Positions 26,131-41,380 of a stretch of DNA of 64,000 nucleotides are shown here, piece after piece (position 1 is the first letter of the stretch; each line of letters begins with the position of its first letter). The notes beneath the pieces are model-generated. The model did not search any database and had not been told where the DNA came from. It was given only the letters and a program-made list of their open reading frames with translations. The stretch is from Eledone cirrhosa (taxonomy: Eukaryota): the NCBI GenBank assembly GCA_964016885.1, contig OZ024742.1, forward strand, positions 152,706,001 to 152,770,000, in the 5' to 3' direction. The translations under genes and the position numbers were made by a program.

Positions 26131-27982
26131 CATGCTACTGTACGTCTGTATACATATATGTATGTACGTATACATGCATACTTACATTTAAGTAAGTGCC
26201 ATACTAAGAGTGAGAAATGAAATTTCGTTTTCATTTTGTTTCAATTTATCGTTTTCGGTATGCCTGACCGATTTAACTCACTCAATATGCAAATTAGGCT
26301 GCTCAGCCGTTAATTTTCATAAGGAAAGTATATACTTTCGAACGTTCAACTATCTGGCAGATGGGTAAACGGTGCTGATGATAGCTAACAAGCTTGACAC
26401 TAGTACATCGTTCCTGTGTCAGTGTTGAACAAAAAGGTGACGTGGTTGCCTTAACACCGTATGGCATAAATTCAGGCTGTTCAGTTTGTTTACAAACGAA
26501 CAAAGCGACGTTAGCACCGCTAAACTGATACGTGCATATATGTATGTGTACCTGTATGCATATGTATGTATATATGTATATATATATATATATATATGTG
26601 CATGCTACTGTACGTCTGTATACATATATGTATGTACGTATACATGCATACTTACATTTAAGTAAGTGCCATACTAAGAGTGAGAAATGAAATTTCGTTT
26701 TCATTTTGTTTCAATTTATCGTTTTCGGTATGCCTGACCGATTTAACTCACTCAATATGCAAATTAGGCTGCTCAGCCGTTAATTTTCATAAGGAAAGTA
26801 TATACTTTCGAACGTTCAACTATCTGGCAGATGGGTAAACGGTGCTGATGATAGCTAACAAGCTTGAAACTAGTACATCGTTCCTGTGTCAGTGTTGAAC
26901 AAAAAGGTGACGTGGTTGCCTTAACACCGTATGGCATAAATTCAGGCTGTTCAGTTTGTTTACAAACGAACAAAGCGACGTTAGCGCCGCTAAACTGATA
27001 CGTGCATATATGTATGTGTACCTGTATGCATATGTATGTATATATGTATATATATATATATATATATATGTGCATGCTACTGTACGTCTGTATACATATA
27101 TGTATGTACGTATACATGCATACTTACATTTAAGTAAGTGCCATACTAAGAGTGAGAAATGAAATTTCGTTTTCATTTTGTTTCAATTTATCGTTTTCGG
27201 TATGCCTGACCGATTTAACTCACTCAATATGCAAATTAGGCTGCTCAGCCGTTAATTTTCATAAGGAAAGTATATACTTTCGAACGTTCAACTATCTGGC
27301 AGATGGGTAAACGGTGCTGATGATAGCTAACAAGCTTGAAACTAGTACATCGTTCCTGTGTCAGTGTTGAACAAAAAGGTGACGTGGTTGCCTTAACACC
27401 GTATGGCATAAATTCAGGCTGTTCAGTTTGTTTACAAACGAACAAAGCGACGTTAGCGCCGCTAAACTGATACGTGCATATATTTATGTGTACCTGTATG
27501 CATATGTATGTATATATGTATATATATATATATATATATGTGCATGCTACTGTACGTCTGTATACATATATGTATGTACGTATACATGCATACTTACATT
27601 TAAGTAAGTGCCATTCTAAGAGTGAGAAATGAAATTTCGTTTTCATTTTGTTTCAATTTATCGTTTTCGGTATGCCTGACCGATTTAACTCACTCAATAT
27701 GCAAATTAGGCTGCTCAGCCGTTAATTTTCATAAGGAAAGTATATACTTTCGAACGTTCAACTATCTGGCAGATGGGTAAACGGTGCTGATGATAGCTAA
27801 CAAGCTTGAAACTAGTACATCGTTCCTGTGTCAGTGTTGAACAAAAAGGTGACGTGGTTGCCTTAACACCGTATGGCATAAATTCAGGCTGTTCAGTTTG
27901 TTTACAAACGAACAAAGCGACGTTAGCGCCGCTAAACTGATACGTGCATATATGTATGTGTACCTGTATGCATATGTATGTA

Positions 27983-28016
<34 letters not shown>

Positions 28017-28456
28017 CATGCTACTGTACGTCTGTATACATATATGTATGTACGTATACATGCATACTTACATTTAAGTAAGTGCCATACTAAGAGTGAG
28101 AAATGAAATTTCGTTTTCATTTTGTTTCAATTTATCGTTTTCGGTATGCCTGACCGATTTAACTCACTCAATATGCAAATTAGGCTGCTCAGCCGTTAAT
28201 TTTCATAAGGAAAGTATATACTTTCGAACGTTCAACTATCTGGCAGATGCGTAAACGGTGCTGATGATAGCTAACAAGCTTGAAACTAGTACATCGTTCC
28301 TGTGTCAGTGTTGAACAAAAAGGTGACGTGGTTGCCTTAACACCGTATGGCATAAATTCAGGCTGTTCAGTTTGTTTACAAACGAACAAAGCGACGTTAG
28401 CGCCGCTAAACTGATACGTGCATATATGTATGTGTACCTGTATGCATATGTATGTA

Positions 28457-28489
<33 letters not shown>

Positions 28490-30342
28490 GTGCATGCTAC
28501 TGTACGTCTGTATACATATATGTATGTACGTATACATGCATACTTACATTTAAGTAAGTGCCATACTAAGAGTGAGAAATGAAATTTCGTTTTCATTTTG
28601 TTTCAATTTATCGTTTTCGGTATGCCTGACCGATTTAACTCACTCAATATGCAAATTAGGCTGCTCAGCCGTTAATTTTCATAAGGAAAGTATATACTTT
28701 CGAACGTTCAACTATCTGGCAGATGGGTAAACGGTGCTGATGATAGCTAACAAGCTTGAAACTAGTACATCGTTCCTGTGTCAGTGTTGAACAAAAAGGT
28801 GACGTGGTTGCCTTAACACCGTATGGCATAAATTCAGGCTGTTCAGTTTGTTTACAAACGAACAAAGCGACGTTAGCGCCGCTAAACTGATACGTGCATA
28901 TATGTATGTGTACCTGTATGCATATGTATGTATATATGTATATATATATATATATATATGTGCATGCTACTGTACGTCTGTATACATATATGTATGTACG
29001 TATACATGCATACTTACATTTAAGTAAGTGCCATACTAAGAGTGAGAAATGAAATTTCGTTTTCATTTTGTTTCAATTTATCGTTTTCGGTATGCCTGAC
29101 CGATTTAACTCACTCAATATGCAAATTAGGCTGCTCAGCCGTTAATTTTCATAAGGAAAGTATATACTTTCGAACGTTCAACTATCTGGCAGATGGGTAA
29201 ACGGTGCTGATGATAGCTAACAAGCTTGAAACTAGTACATCGTTCCTGTGTCAGTGTTGAACAAAAAGGTGACGTGGTTGCCTTAACACCGTATGGCATA
29301 AATTCAGGCTGTTCAGTTTGTTTACAAACGAACAAAGCGACGTTAGCGCCGCTAAACTGATACGTGCATATATGTATGTGTACCTGTATGCATATGTATG
29401 TATATATGTATATATATATATATATATATGTGCATGCTACTGTACGTCTGTATACATATATGTATGTACGTATACATGCATACTTACATTTAAGTAAGTG
29501 CCATACTAAGAGTGAGAAATGAAATTTCGTTTTCATTTTGTTTCAATTTATCGTTTTCGGTATGCCTGACCGATTTAACTCACTCAATATGCAAATTAGG
29601 CTGCTCAGCCGTTAATTTTCATAAGGAAAGTATATACTTTCGAACGTTCAACTATCTGGCAGATGGGTAAACGGTGCTGATGATAGCTAACAAGCTTGAA
29701 ACTAGTACATCGTTCCTGTGTCAGTGTTGAACAAAAAGGTGACGTGGTTGCCTTAACACCGTATGGCATAAATTCAGGCTGTTCAGTTTGTTTACAAACG
29801 AACAAAGCGACGTTAGCGCCGCTAAACTGATACGTGCATATATGTATGTGTACCTGTATGCATATGTATGTATATATGTATATATATATATATATATATG
29901 TGCATGCTACTGTACGTCTGTATACATATATGTATGTACGTATACATGCATACTTACATTTAAGTAAGTGCCATACTAAGAGTGAGAAATGAAATTTCGT
30001 TTTCATTTTGTTTCAATTTATCGTTTTCGGTATGCCTGACCGATTTAACTCACTCAATATGCAAATTAGGCTGCTCAGCCGTTAATTTTCATAAGGAAAG
30101 TATATACTTTCGAACGTTCAACTATCTGGCAGATGGGTAAACGGTGCTGATGATAGCTAACAAGCTTGAAACTAGTACATCGTTCCTGTGTCAGTGTTGA
30201 ACAAAAAGGTGACGTGGTTGCCTTAACACCGTATGGCATAAATTCAGGCTGTTCAGTTTGTTTACAAACGAACAAAGCGACGTTAGCGCCGCTAAACTGA
30301 TACGTGCATATATGTATGTGTACCTGTATGCATATGTATGTA

Positions 30343-30376
<34 letters not shown>

Positions 30377-33300
30377 CATGCTACTGTACGTCTGTATACA
30401 TATATGTATGTACGTATACATGCATACTTACATTTAAGTAAGTGCCATACTAAGAGTGAGAAATGAAATTTCGTTTTCATTTTGTTTCAATTTATCGTTT
30501 TCGGTATGCCTGACCGATTTAACTCACTCAATATGCAAATTAGGCTGCTCAGCCGTTAATTTTCATAAGGAAAGTATATACTTTCGAACGTTCAACTATC
30601 TGGCAGATGGGTAAACGGTGCTGATGATAGCTAACAAGCTTGAAACTAGTACATCGTTCCTGTGTCAGTGTTGAACAAAAAGGTGACGTGGTTGCCTTAA
30701 CACCGTATGGCATAAATTCAGGCTGTTCAGTTTGTTTACAAACGAACAAAGCGACGTTAGCGCCGCTAAACTGATACGTGCATATATGTATGTGTACCTG
30801 TATGCATATGTATGTATATATGTATATATATATATATATATATGTGCATGCTACTGTACGTCTGTATACATATATGTATGTACGTATACATGCATACTTA
30901 CATTTAAGTAAGTGCCATACTAAGAGTGAGAAATGAAATTTCGTTTTCATTTTGTTTCAATTTATCGTTTTCGGTATGCCTGACCGATTTAACTCACTCA
31001 ATATGCAAATTAGGCTGCTCAGCCGTTAATTTTCATAAGGAAAGTATATACTTTCGAACGTTCAACTATCTGGCAGATGGGTAAACGGTGCTGATGATAG
31101 CTAACAAGCTTGAAACTAGTACATCGTTCCTGTGTCAGTGTTGAACAAAAAGGTGACGTGGTTGCCTTAACACCGTATGGCATAAATTCAGGCTGTTCAG
31201 TTTGTTTACAAACGAACAAAGCGACGTTAGCGCCGCTAAACTGATACGTGCATATATGTATGTGTACCTGTATGCATATGTATGTATATATGTATATATA
31301 TATATATATATATATGTGCATGCTACTGTACGTCTGTATACATATATGTATGTACGTATACATGCATACTTACATTTAAGTAAGTGCCATACTAAGAGTG
31401 AGAAATGAAATTTCGTTTTCATTTTGTTTCAATTTATCGTTTTCGGTATGCCTGACCGATTTAACTCACTCAATATGCAAATTAGGCTGCTCAGCCGTTA
31501 ATTTTCATAAGGAAAGTATATACTTTCGAACGTTCAACTATCTGGCAGATGGGTAAACGGTGCTGATGATAGCTAACAAGCTTGAAACTAGTACATCGTT
31601 CCTGTGTCAGTGTTGAACAAAAAGGTGACGTGGTTGCCTTAACACCGTATGGCATAAATTCAGGCTGTTCAGTTTGTTTACAAACGAACAAAGCGACGTT
31701 AGCGCCGCTAAACTGATACGTGCATATATGTATGTGTACCTGTATGCATATGTATGTATATATGTATATATATATATATATATATGTGCATGCTACTGTA
31801 CGTCTGTATACATATATGTATGTACGTATACATGCATACTTACATTTAAGTAAGTGCCATACTAAGAGTGAGAAATGAAATTTCGTTTTCATTTTGTTTC
31901 AATTTATCGTTTTCGGTATGCCTGACCGATTTAACTCACTCAATATGCAAATTAGGCTGCTCAGCCGTTAATTTTCATAAGGAAAGTATATACTTTCGAA
32001 CGTTCAACTATCTGGCAGATGGGTAAACGGTGCTGATGATAGCTAACAAGCTTGAAACTAGTACATCGTTCCTGTGTCAGTGTTGAACAAAAAGGTGACG
32101 TGGTTGCCTTAACACCGTATGGCATAAATTCAGGCTGTTCAGTTTGTTTACAAACGAACAAAGCGACGTTAGCGCCGCTAAACTGATACGTGCATATATG
32201 TATGTGTACCTGTATGCATATGTATGTATATATGTATATATATATATATATATGTGCATGCTACTGTACGTCTGTATACATATATGTATGTACGTATACA
32301 TGCATACTTACATTTAAGTAAGTGCCATACTAAGAGTGAGAAATGAAATTTCGTTTTCATTTTGTTTCAATTTATCGTTTTCGGTATGCCTGACCGATTT
32401 AACTCACTCAATATGCAAATTAGGCTGCTCAGCCGTTAATTTTCATAAGGAAAGTATATACTTTCGAACGTTCAACTATCTGGCAGATGGGTAAACGGTG
32501 CTGATGATAGCTAACAAGCTTGAAACTAGTACATCGTTCCTGTGTCAGTGTTGAACAAAAAGGTGACGTGGTTGCCTTAACACCGTATGGCATAAATTCA
32601 GGCTGTTCAGTTTGTTTACAAACGAACAAAGCGACGTTAGCGCCGCTAAACTGATACGTGCATATATGTATGTGTACCTGTATGCATATGTATGTATATA
32701 TGTATATATATATATATATATATGTGCATGCTACTGTACGTCTGTATACATATATGTATGTACGTATACATGCATACTTACATTTAAGTAAGTGCCATAC
32801 TAAGAGTGAGAAATGAAATTTCGTTTTCATTTTGTTTCAATTTATCGTTTTCGGTATGCCTGACCGATTTAACTCACTCAATATGCAAATTAGGCTGCTC
32901 AGCCGTTAATTTTCATAAGGAAAGTATATACTTTCGAACGTTCAACTATCTGGCAGATGGGTAAACGGTGCTGATGATAGCTAACAAGCTTGAAACTAGT
33001 ACATCGTTCCTGTGTCAGTGTTGAACAAAAAGGTGACGTGGTTGCCTTAACACCGTATGGCATAAATTCAGGCTGTTCAGTTTGTTTACAAACGAACAAA
33101 GCGACGTTAGCGCCGCTAAACTGATACGTGCATATATGTATGTGTACCTGTATGCATATGTATGTATATATGTATATATATATATATATATATATGTGCA
33201 TGCTACTGTACGTCTGTATACATATATGTATGTACGTATACATGCATACTTACATTTAAGTAAGTGCCATACTAAGAGTGAGAAATGAAATTTCGTTTTC

Positions 33301-34724
33301 ATTTTGTTTCAATTTATCGTTTTCGGTATGCCTGACCGATTTAACTCACTCAATATGCAAATTAGGCTGCTCAGCCGTTAATTTTCATAAGGAAAGTATA
33401 TACTTTCGAACGTTCAACTATCTGGCAGATGGGTAAACGGTGCTGATGATAGCTAACAAGCATGAAACTAGTACATCGTTCCTGTGTCAGTGTTGAACAA
33501 AAAGGTGACGTGGTTGCCTTAACACCGTATGGCATAAATTCAGGCTGTTCAGTTTGTTTACAAACGAACAAAGCGACGTTAGCGCCGCTAAACTGATACG
33601 TGCATATATGTATGTGTACCTGTATGCATATGTATGTATATATGTATATATATATATATATATATGTGCATGCTACTGTACGTCTGTATACATATATGTA
33701 TGTACGTATACATGCATACTTACATTTAAGTAAGTGCCATACTAAGAGTGAGAAATGAAATTTCGTTTTCATTTTGTTTCAATTTATCGTTTTCGGTATG
33801 CCTGACCGATTTAACTCACTCAATATGCAAATTAGGCTGCTCAGCCGTTAATTTTCATAAGGAAAGTATATACTTTCGAACGTTCAACTATCTGGCAGAT
33901 GGGTAAACGGTGCTGATGATAGCTAACAAGCTTGAAACTAGTACATCGTTCCTGTGTCAGTGTTGAACAAAAAGGTGACGTGGTTGCCTTAACACCGTAT
34001 GGCATAAATTCAGGCTGTTCAGTTTGTTTACAAACGAACAAAGCGACGTTAGCGCCGCTAAACTGATACGTGCATATATGTATGTGTACCTGTATGCATA
34101 TGTATGTATATATGTATATATATATATATATATATGTGCATGCTACTGTACGTCTGTATACATATATGTATGTACGTATACATGCATACTTACATTTAAG
34201 TAAGTGCCATACTAAGAGTGAGAAATGAAATTTCGTTTTCATTTTGTTTCAATTTATCGTTTTCGGTATGCCTGACCGATTTAACTCACTCAATATGCAA
34301 ATTAGGCTGCTCAGCCGTTAATTTTCATAAGGAAAGTATATACTTTCGAACGTTCAACTATCTGGCAGATGGGTAAACGGTGCTGATGATAGCTAACAAG
34401 CTTGAAACTAGTACATCGTTCCTGTGTCAGTGTTGAACAAAAAGGTGACGTGGTTGCCTTAACACCGTATGGCATAAATTCAGGCTGTTCAGTTTGTTTA
34501 CAAACGAACAAAGCGACGTTAGCGCCGCTAAACTGATACGTGCATATATGTATGTGTACCTGTATGCATATGTATGTATATATGTATATATATATATATA
34601 TATATGTGCATGCTACTGTACGTCTGTATACATATATGTATGTACGTATACATGCATACTTACATTTAAGTAAGTGCCATACTAAGAGTGAGAAATGAAA
34701 TTTCGTTTTCATTTTGTTTCAATT

Positions 34725-35100
<376 letters not shown>

Positions 35101-35886
35101 AATACAATATCGGAGAAAGCTTTTTAGCGATACTCCGGCCAAATTCCAACTCACTCAACAAACATTAGGAAATAACTGATTATATTCCCAATTATGTGTT
35201 CGGGGTGCTAACTAAAAGTATTGCGTGGAAAATTGGCTGTATTATTTCAAATGAGACATATCTAATATATCTCTTCCCAGATGGACGTCTCGTTTCATTA
35301 TAGGATTCCTACAATTTGGGTGAAATTATACCAATTTATGTAGGAGCTTGTATACCATCAATATATATATATTCAAGTGGGCTCCTATAATTCATCAGTG
35401 GGTGCCCCAATAATATTAATATTGATAATCTAACCAACATCAGCATTTAGCGATAATCACTTTCTGTGCCTGAGATATCTGTCTCGTTGCCAGTCCAGCG
35501 GTTCTAAAAGAAGTGGTCGAACTGATTCAAAAAATGAGGAAGTGAATTACCGCCAAAAAAACCCAATACATGCGCGTGACAATGAACTCTGAAAGGAATT
35601 CGGGCCACGTGCTAAGAACTCAATTGGAAATTGAAAAAAATCTATGTGTGTACAACATTTGATGACACACAAGTATTTTCTCGGGAAAAATATCAGAATG
35701 AGATATAAGGAACAATCAATATTCATATATAAAAAATAAACAAAGAAATGCTAACCTTATACCGGGAATTTTTTTTCAAATCTGATGCGCCAAGAGTAAA
35801 TAAATAAAAATATATATATATGTATAAATATATATATGTAAGTATATAAATATATATATATATGTATAAATATATATATATATATG

Positions 35887-36019
<133 letters not shown>

Positions 36020-36084
36020 GTATAAATATATATATATATGTATATATATATATATGTATAAATATATATAAATATATATTCTTT

Positions 36085-37772
36085 AAATTTGCAAAATAAA
36101 CTGCCTCAGTACACTGCACGATTGGGCTACTCTTCCATACGGACGGTTCATTAACCGAAAACCCCCAAGAGATATGTGAAATACTGAACGAATAGTACAA
36201 AATTGTGTTCACATGTCCACTGAGATACATGCAAATAACGAAGCCAGAGGAGTTCTTTGATGCCACAACAACATGAAGAAATGGCAACCATCAAGAACAT
36301 ATAAATAACGGAGGAGGATGTGGTGTACGCCATTGATGAAATTAGAACAGACTCGGCTGCTGGTCCTGATGGATTCCCAGCAGTTCTCTTAAAATATGTA
36401 AGCGGGCCTTAACAACTCCACTGAAGATGCACTTCAGAAGCTCCTTGGCAGGGAGCTGAAAGAAGGCACAACATGCCCTATCCATAAAGGAGGTAGCAGA
36501 GCGGAGGCCAAAAACTATAGGGCAGTCTCCCTGACGTCGCATATCAGAAAGGTCATGGAGCGAGTCGTCAGAAAGAAACTGATCACTTTCCTTGAGGAAA
36601 ATGACCGCCTGACTATCACGCAACATGGCTTCCGCCCAGGAAGAAGCTGCCTTACACAGCTGCTACATCACTACGACTGGGTACTGAAACAACTACTAGA
36701 CAGCTCACATGTGGACGTGATATATCTTGACTTTGCGAAGGTCTTTGACAAGGTCGACCACGGAATGATATGTCACAAATTCCACGGACTCGGCATAACT
36801 GGAAAAGTAGGTGAGTGGCTGCATGACTTCCTAAAGGACAGAAGCCAGGCAATTGCAGCAAATGGGGCCCTCTCAAAGGAAACACCAATAACAAGTGAGG
36901 TGTCCCAGGGGACAGTCCTGGGACCACTACTATTTTTGGTGGCTCTATCAGACATGCCCTCTGTAGTACATACAGCAACCTCCCTCACTAGCACGCTGAT
37001 GACACTAAGGTAGCACAGGCAATCAAAAACCCAGTTGACGCTGCCCTTTTACAGCAGGATCTGGATGCCATATACAAATGGCCGGAAGAAAACAACATGC
37101 AGTTTAATGCTGGCAAATTCCAAGCCCTACAATACAAACCTCCAAAAGAAGATGCAAACACAAATATAGTACAAAACAACTACGCAGGACCAGGAGGGAC
37201 CGATATCCCCGTGTCAAAATCGATACGAGACCTGGGCATAGACATGAGCGATGATACATCTTTCTCTTCACACATCATGAAAGTGGCGACAATGTGCAGA
37301 CGACTCGCTGGCTGGATCTTGAGGACTTTCCGGACAAGAGATCGAGACACCATGTTGACACTATGGAGGACATTTTTCCTAAGCCGCCTGGACTACTGCT
37401 CCCAGTTGTGGTCACCCCATAGTGTCAAACTAACGACGGAGCTTGAGGCAATCCAGTGAAGGTACACCAAGAGGATTGCCACGATGAAGGAAACAAGCTA
37501 CTGGGAGAGGCTAAAGAACTGAACCTCTACTCCCTGGAACGAAGACGGGAGAGATACACAGTGATCTACATGTGGAAATTCCTGGAGGGACTAGCACCAA
37601 ACTTTGGCATTGGGAGCTGGACCAACCGTCGAACAGGACGTCACTGTGTGGTGTCAAAGGTCCCGTCTTCCACATCTAGAACAAGGAGCAGGTATTGAAA
37701 TAGCTTGGGATTCAAGGGCCCTCAACTCTTCAACAGTCTGCCGAGCGATCTGAGAGATTTGCATGACGTGAC
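36085..37772 (+). mobile_element. CR1-group LINE RT fragment (pseudogenised)
   Basis: QHGFRPGRSCLTQLL, DVIYLDFAKVFDKVDH, VSQGTVLGPLLF, (H)ADD, RDLGI, RLDYCSQLWSP, YSLERRRERY; stops and frameshifts. Confidence 0.92.
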
Positions 37773-37775
37773 ACA

Positions 37776-39221
37776 ATAACTGACACCAATTCCTTCACCT
37801 ATTTTGGCTCCACTTCCACCTCCTTTAAAGCTCGTCTTTATAACCATCATTCGTCTTTTAAATACAAACTTAAAAGAACCAACACGGCTCTCTCAGAACT
37901 CATATGGTCCTTGAAAGACAAAAATATTAAATATAGCATCTTTTGGAAAAAGGTTTCTTCTGCGTCTACATACTTGAACAGTTCTCTATCCAAGATTTGC
38001 AATCTCTGTCTAAATGAAAAATTTACCATTATATCTAATTTAGATTCTATAATAATAAATAGACGCACTGACTTGTTTTCTCTCTGCTTGCATAAATTCC
38101 ACAAAACATTCCACAAAGTATACAGCTAATATCCAAAACTTTATCAATTTAGAATCTTTTTCTCAAAGGCACATATATATATATACTTCTTTAAAAATAT
38201 ACCCATCTTTCTACCTTATTTCAAAGTTATTTATTATACATTATATAATACGTGTTACTCATTCTATATCACTCCTATTTATCACTTCCCTTTCTTCATT
38301 TTCCCTTTCTTCTCTTTTTCTTTTAATGTCTAACCCCTAATCTGTACCTTTTCTCATTGTTGCCTGACATAGAAACAATTATTACACAATACAATACATT
38401 CTTACTTAATATTACCTTGCAAAAATCCTTCGTAAACATAAACATTTTTTGACGTTAGATTATTCATCCTCAATTCATTATTTTTTCTCCCTTTCATCTA
38501 ACTTACTCATGCTCATCTCACAATATATCCTTACTTACATTACTTGTTGTTCTTTTTAATAATACATATCAACATTTTCTTTCCATCGCACATATTATTA
38601 AACCCTTAAATATTATTCTTAATACATATTAACATTTTCTTTTCATCGCACATATTATTAAACCCTTCAATATACAAACCTTAACTTTACATTATTTTTC
38701 TCTTCGTTAATTTTCAAATTCTTTTAATTCATACATTATCTTTCAACGGTTTTTCAACCTCTGTATGTAAAACAATATATTTTTCTCAGTTATAAAAGCT
38801 ATCTCTCTCGCTCTATCAGCCATCTCTCCTCCTATCTCATCCTTCCTCATTATACTCCTCACTCTCTACTTTTTACTGTCATCTCCTCCTCTTTTTCACC
38901 CCACCCCCACCCCTCAAAACAAATATTTTTCCCAATATCACACATCAATCTAAAACTACTTTTCATATGTTGATTTAAAACTGCACTATCCACAAGTGTT
39001 TTTTAACCTACATATCATGTCCTCACATTTTATCTGAAGAAAACACAAATATTATTGCATGATGATATTTGTTTTTGAAATGCGCATAATAAAATACATG
39101 GAACTCGTTTAACCATCTTTTGTTCTTATATATTATGTATACTCCAGTCCTACAAACTGTAGAGTGTTTCTTATCCGATATCTGCATTGCTTTATTGTAC
39201 TTCAATAAAACTCACCTCCTA

Positions 39222-39225
<4 letters not shown>
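37776..39225 (+). mobile_element. 5'-truncated Penelope-like element, family A (GIY-YIG end, 3' UTR, pLTR)
   Basis: Closely similar to 57620-59055; ORF 37911..38129 with CNLCLNEK. Confidence 0.9.
39027..39095 (+). ncRNA. Type I hammerhead ribozyme, family A
   Basis: attttat-CTGAAGA-...-GAAA-tgcgca-TA-ataaaat. Confidence 0.85.
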
Positions 39226-39271
<46 letters not shown>

Positions 39272-39343
39272 TTATATATATTTATATATATATTTACGTA
39301 TGCACATAGATATAGATATATATATACAAAATCTATATATATA

Positions 39344-39454
<111 letters not shown>

Positions 39455-39664
39455 ATAATATTTACACATATTCAAACACCATACATACATATATATACTT
39501 GCACATCCAGACGGAAACACATACATAGCGAAACACACACAGGCATATATGTGTATGTGTGTGTGTGTGTGTGCGTGTGTGTCGATATGTTTGTGTTTCC
39601 GTCCAGATGTGCAAGTATATATATGTATGTATGCTGTTTGCATATGTGTTAATATTATATTATC

Positions 39665-39733
<69 letters not shown>

Positions 39734-39827
39734 GATACATAGATATTTGTATATATATATATATTTATATGATATACATGCATATATAAATACACACATG
39801 TACACAGAAATAGGCAGACACACATAC

Positions 39828-39869
<42 letters not shown>

Positions 39870-40736
39870 TTGAAACCATACATAGTATGGAATCTACGTA
39901 AAATTATAAAATATACTCACATGGTGTTATTTGCTTTGTTTCTCGGCAAATTGGTGTCTGTTCTAAATATAAATATCCATTATGGTGGCAATAGATTATC
40001 TAATGCCTATTCGAATTGAAAGACCCTTTATCACCTTCACATAATCTCATCTGTTTTCAATGAAATCAATAAAAGTCCATTTTATTGTTATAATCGAAAG
40101 TCAAAATACAGTTCGGTTCGGAATAAAATGACGTTTTCGATTAAATCCTAGTCACGCTCGCTTATAAAAGCAACTTACTGTCTTGTAATAGCGTCGCTTA
40201 GAAACAGAACTTTGTACACAATAGCGGATTTACTGTCTTCGAACTGAAGAAAACAGATTTACTTTTTAATGATTAATTCATAGAAAGCTACATAGCGCCT
40301 TTAAAATGATACCTCTGAGACATTTTTGTTTGAGAGTGTAGTGTTGTTCTTGCTATGTTAAGGCAGCAATGTACACACAGATTCCAAGTTAATTCGACAA
40401 TATAACAGTGAATATTCTCCTATCTTATTGTTAGTCGTCATTCTGTCCATTACAATAAAAGTGTCTGGAGTTGATAAAAGAGCGAATTATCCTTCCAGGT
40501 ATCAACGGCTCGTATCTTTCCACCAGTCCTAGACTCTATTTTACTGTATCTTCTTGTAGAGTTAGACGTAGGTAGGGAACATTGTTTATTACTGTAAGTA
40601 TGCCTGTTTGATGCGGAACTCTTCATGGTGTTATAGGGATTCCATAGTGACATACGGTGTGCCTGAAACATTTTAAACCTGACAGAGCCCATACCCTCTC
40701 TGATATCTTCCAGAGAAGGAAGCAAAGACAGAAAGC

Positions 40737-40796
<60 letters not shown>

Positions 40797-40829
40797 GAAG
40801 TGAAAATAAGATATTCTTGAAGCATCTTG

Positions 40830-40950
40830 TACTTCTCTTGTACTTGTATCGACCTCGAAATGGTGAAATACAAGGTTGAATTCAGCGGCCTTTGAACTCA
40901 AGAGGCCGAGCGCCTGCAAGGTATTATATTCGACGTTCAATCCGCCCCTG
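40830..40950 (-). mobile_element. Decayed SINE
   Basis: Minus strand gagttcaaa...aattcaacctt...gaggtcgatacaagtac. Confidence 0.5.
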
Positions 40951-41380
40951 TTATAAGTATAGACATAATTTATAATAAACAATTGTTATGTCAGCCACTA
41001 GTAATGAGTTCACATCTTTCTGTGTGAATGCTGTGGAAAATTAAAGTCAATGTTAATACATACTTCAATATAGATTCTTTAAGTCCTTCATATAAAACGC
41101 CTTCAAGTTCTATTCTCTCTCTTTGGTACTGAGAAATAACTACTTACATATAACATCTATTCAACACAACCTTGTCTCTTCACCACATCAATTCATCATC
41201 CATTCTGTGTCTCGTCGTTCAGGCGATGCATTATTTTGTTCTAATATTTCCTCACCAAAGCAACAGCGAAGCTAATGATATTTCCTGCCACACTCGAACT
41301 ATGATGTTTAAGCCAAAAAAGGTTACGAGAACTTCAATAGTATTAGGGGGTAATGAATCACATCACAATAACAATATCTC

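Larger units (their letters stand above)
24391..34726 (+). repeat. Tandem array of 22 x ~470 bp hammerhead-containing satellite (retrozyme-like)
   Basis: Near-identical units of 468-476 bp; length differs only in the internal (TA)n; the last unit is truncated into (TA)n. Confidence 0.97.

Noticed and set aside
24419-34712. Repeated 133-aa minus-strand ORFs (MKTKFHFS...) as a tandem gene family
   Set aside because: They run through a (TA)n tract, are frameshifted whenever the TA length changes, and show no recognisable domain; the conserved signal is RNA structure on the plus strand
24391-34726. CRISPR array, or 5S/tRNA/snRNA gene cluster
   Set aside because: No unique spacers, eukaryotic context, and no recognisable 5S, tRNA, U-snRNA or SL RNA sequence in the unit
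39140-39215. Second hammerhead in the family-A tail (tacaaa-CTGTAGA-gtg...gcat...ttgta)
   Set aside because: No GAAA box and a non-canonical core
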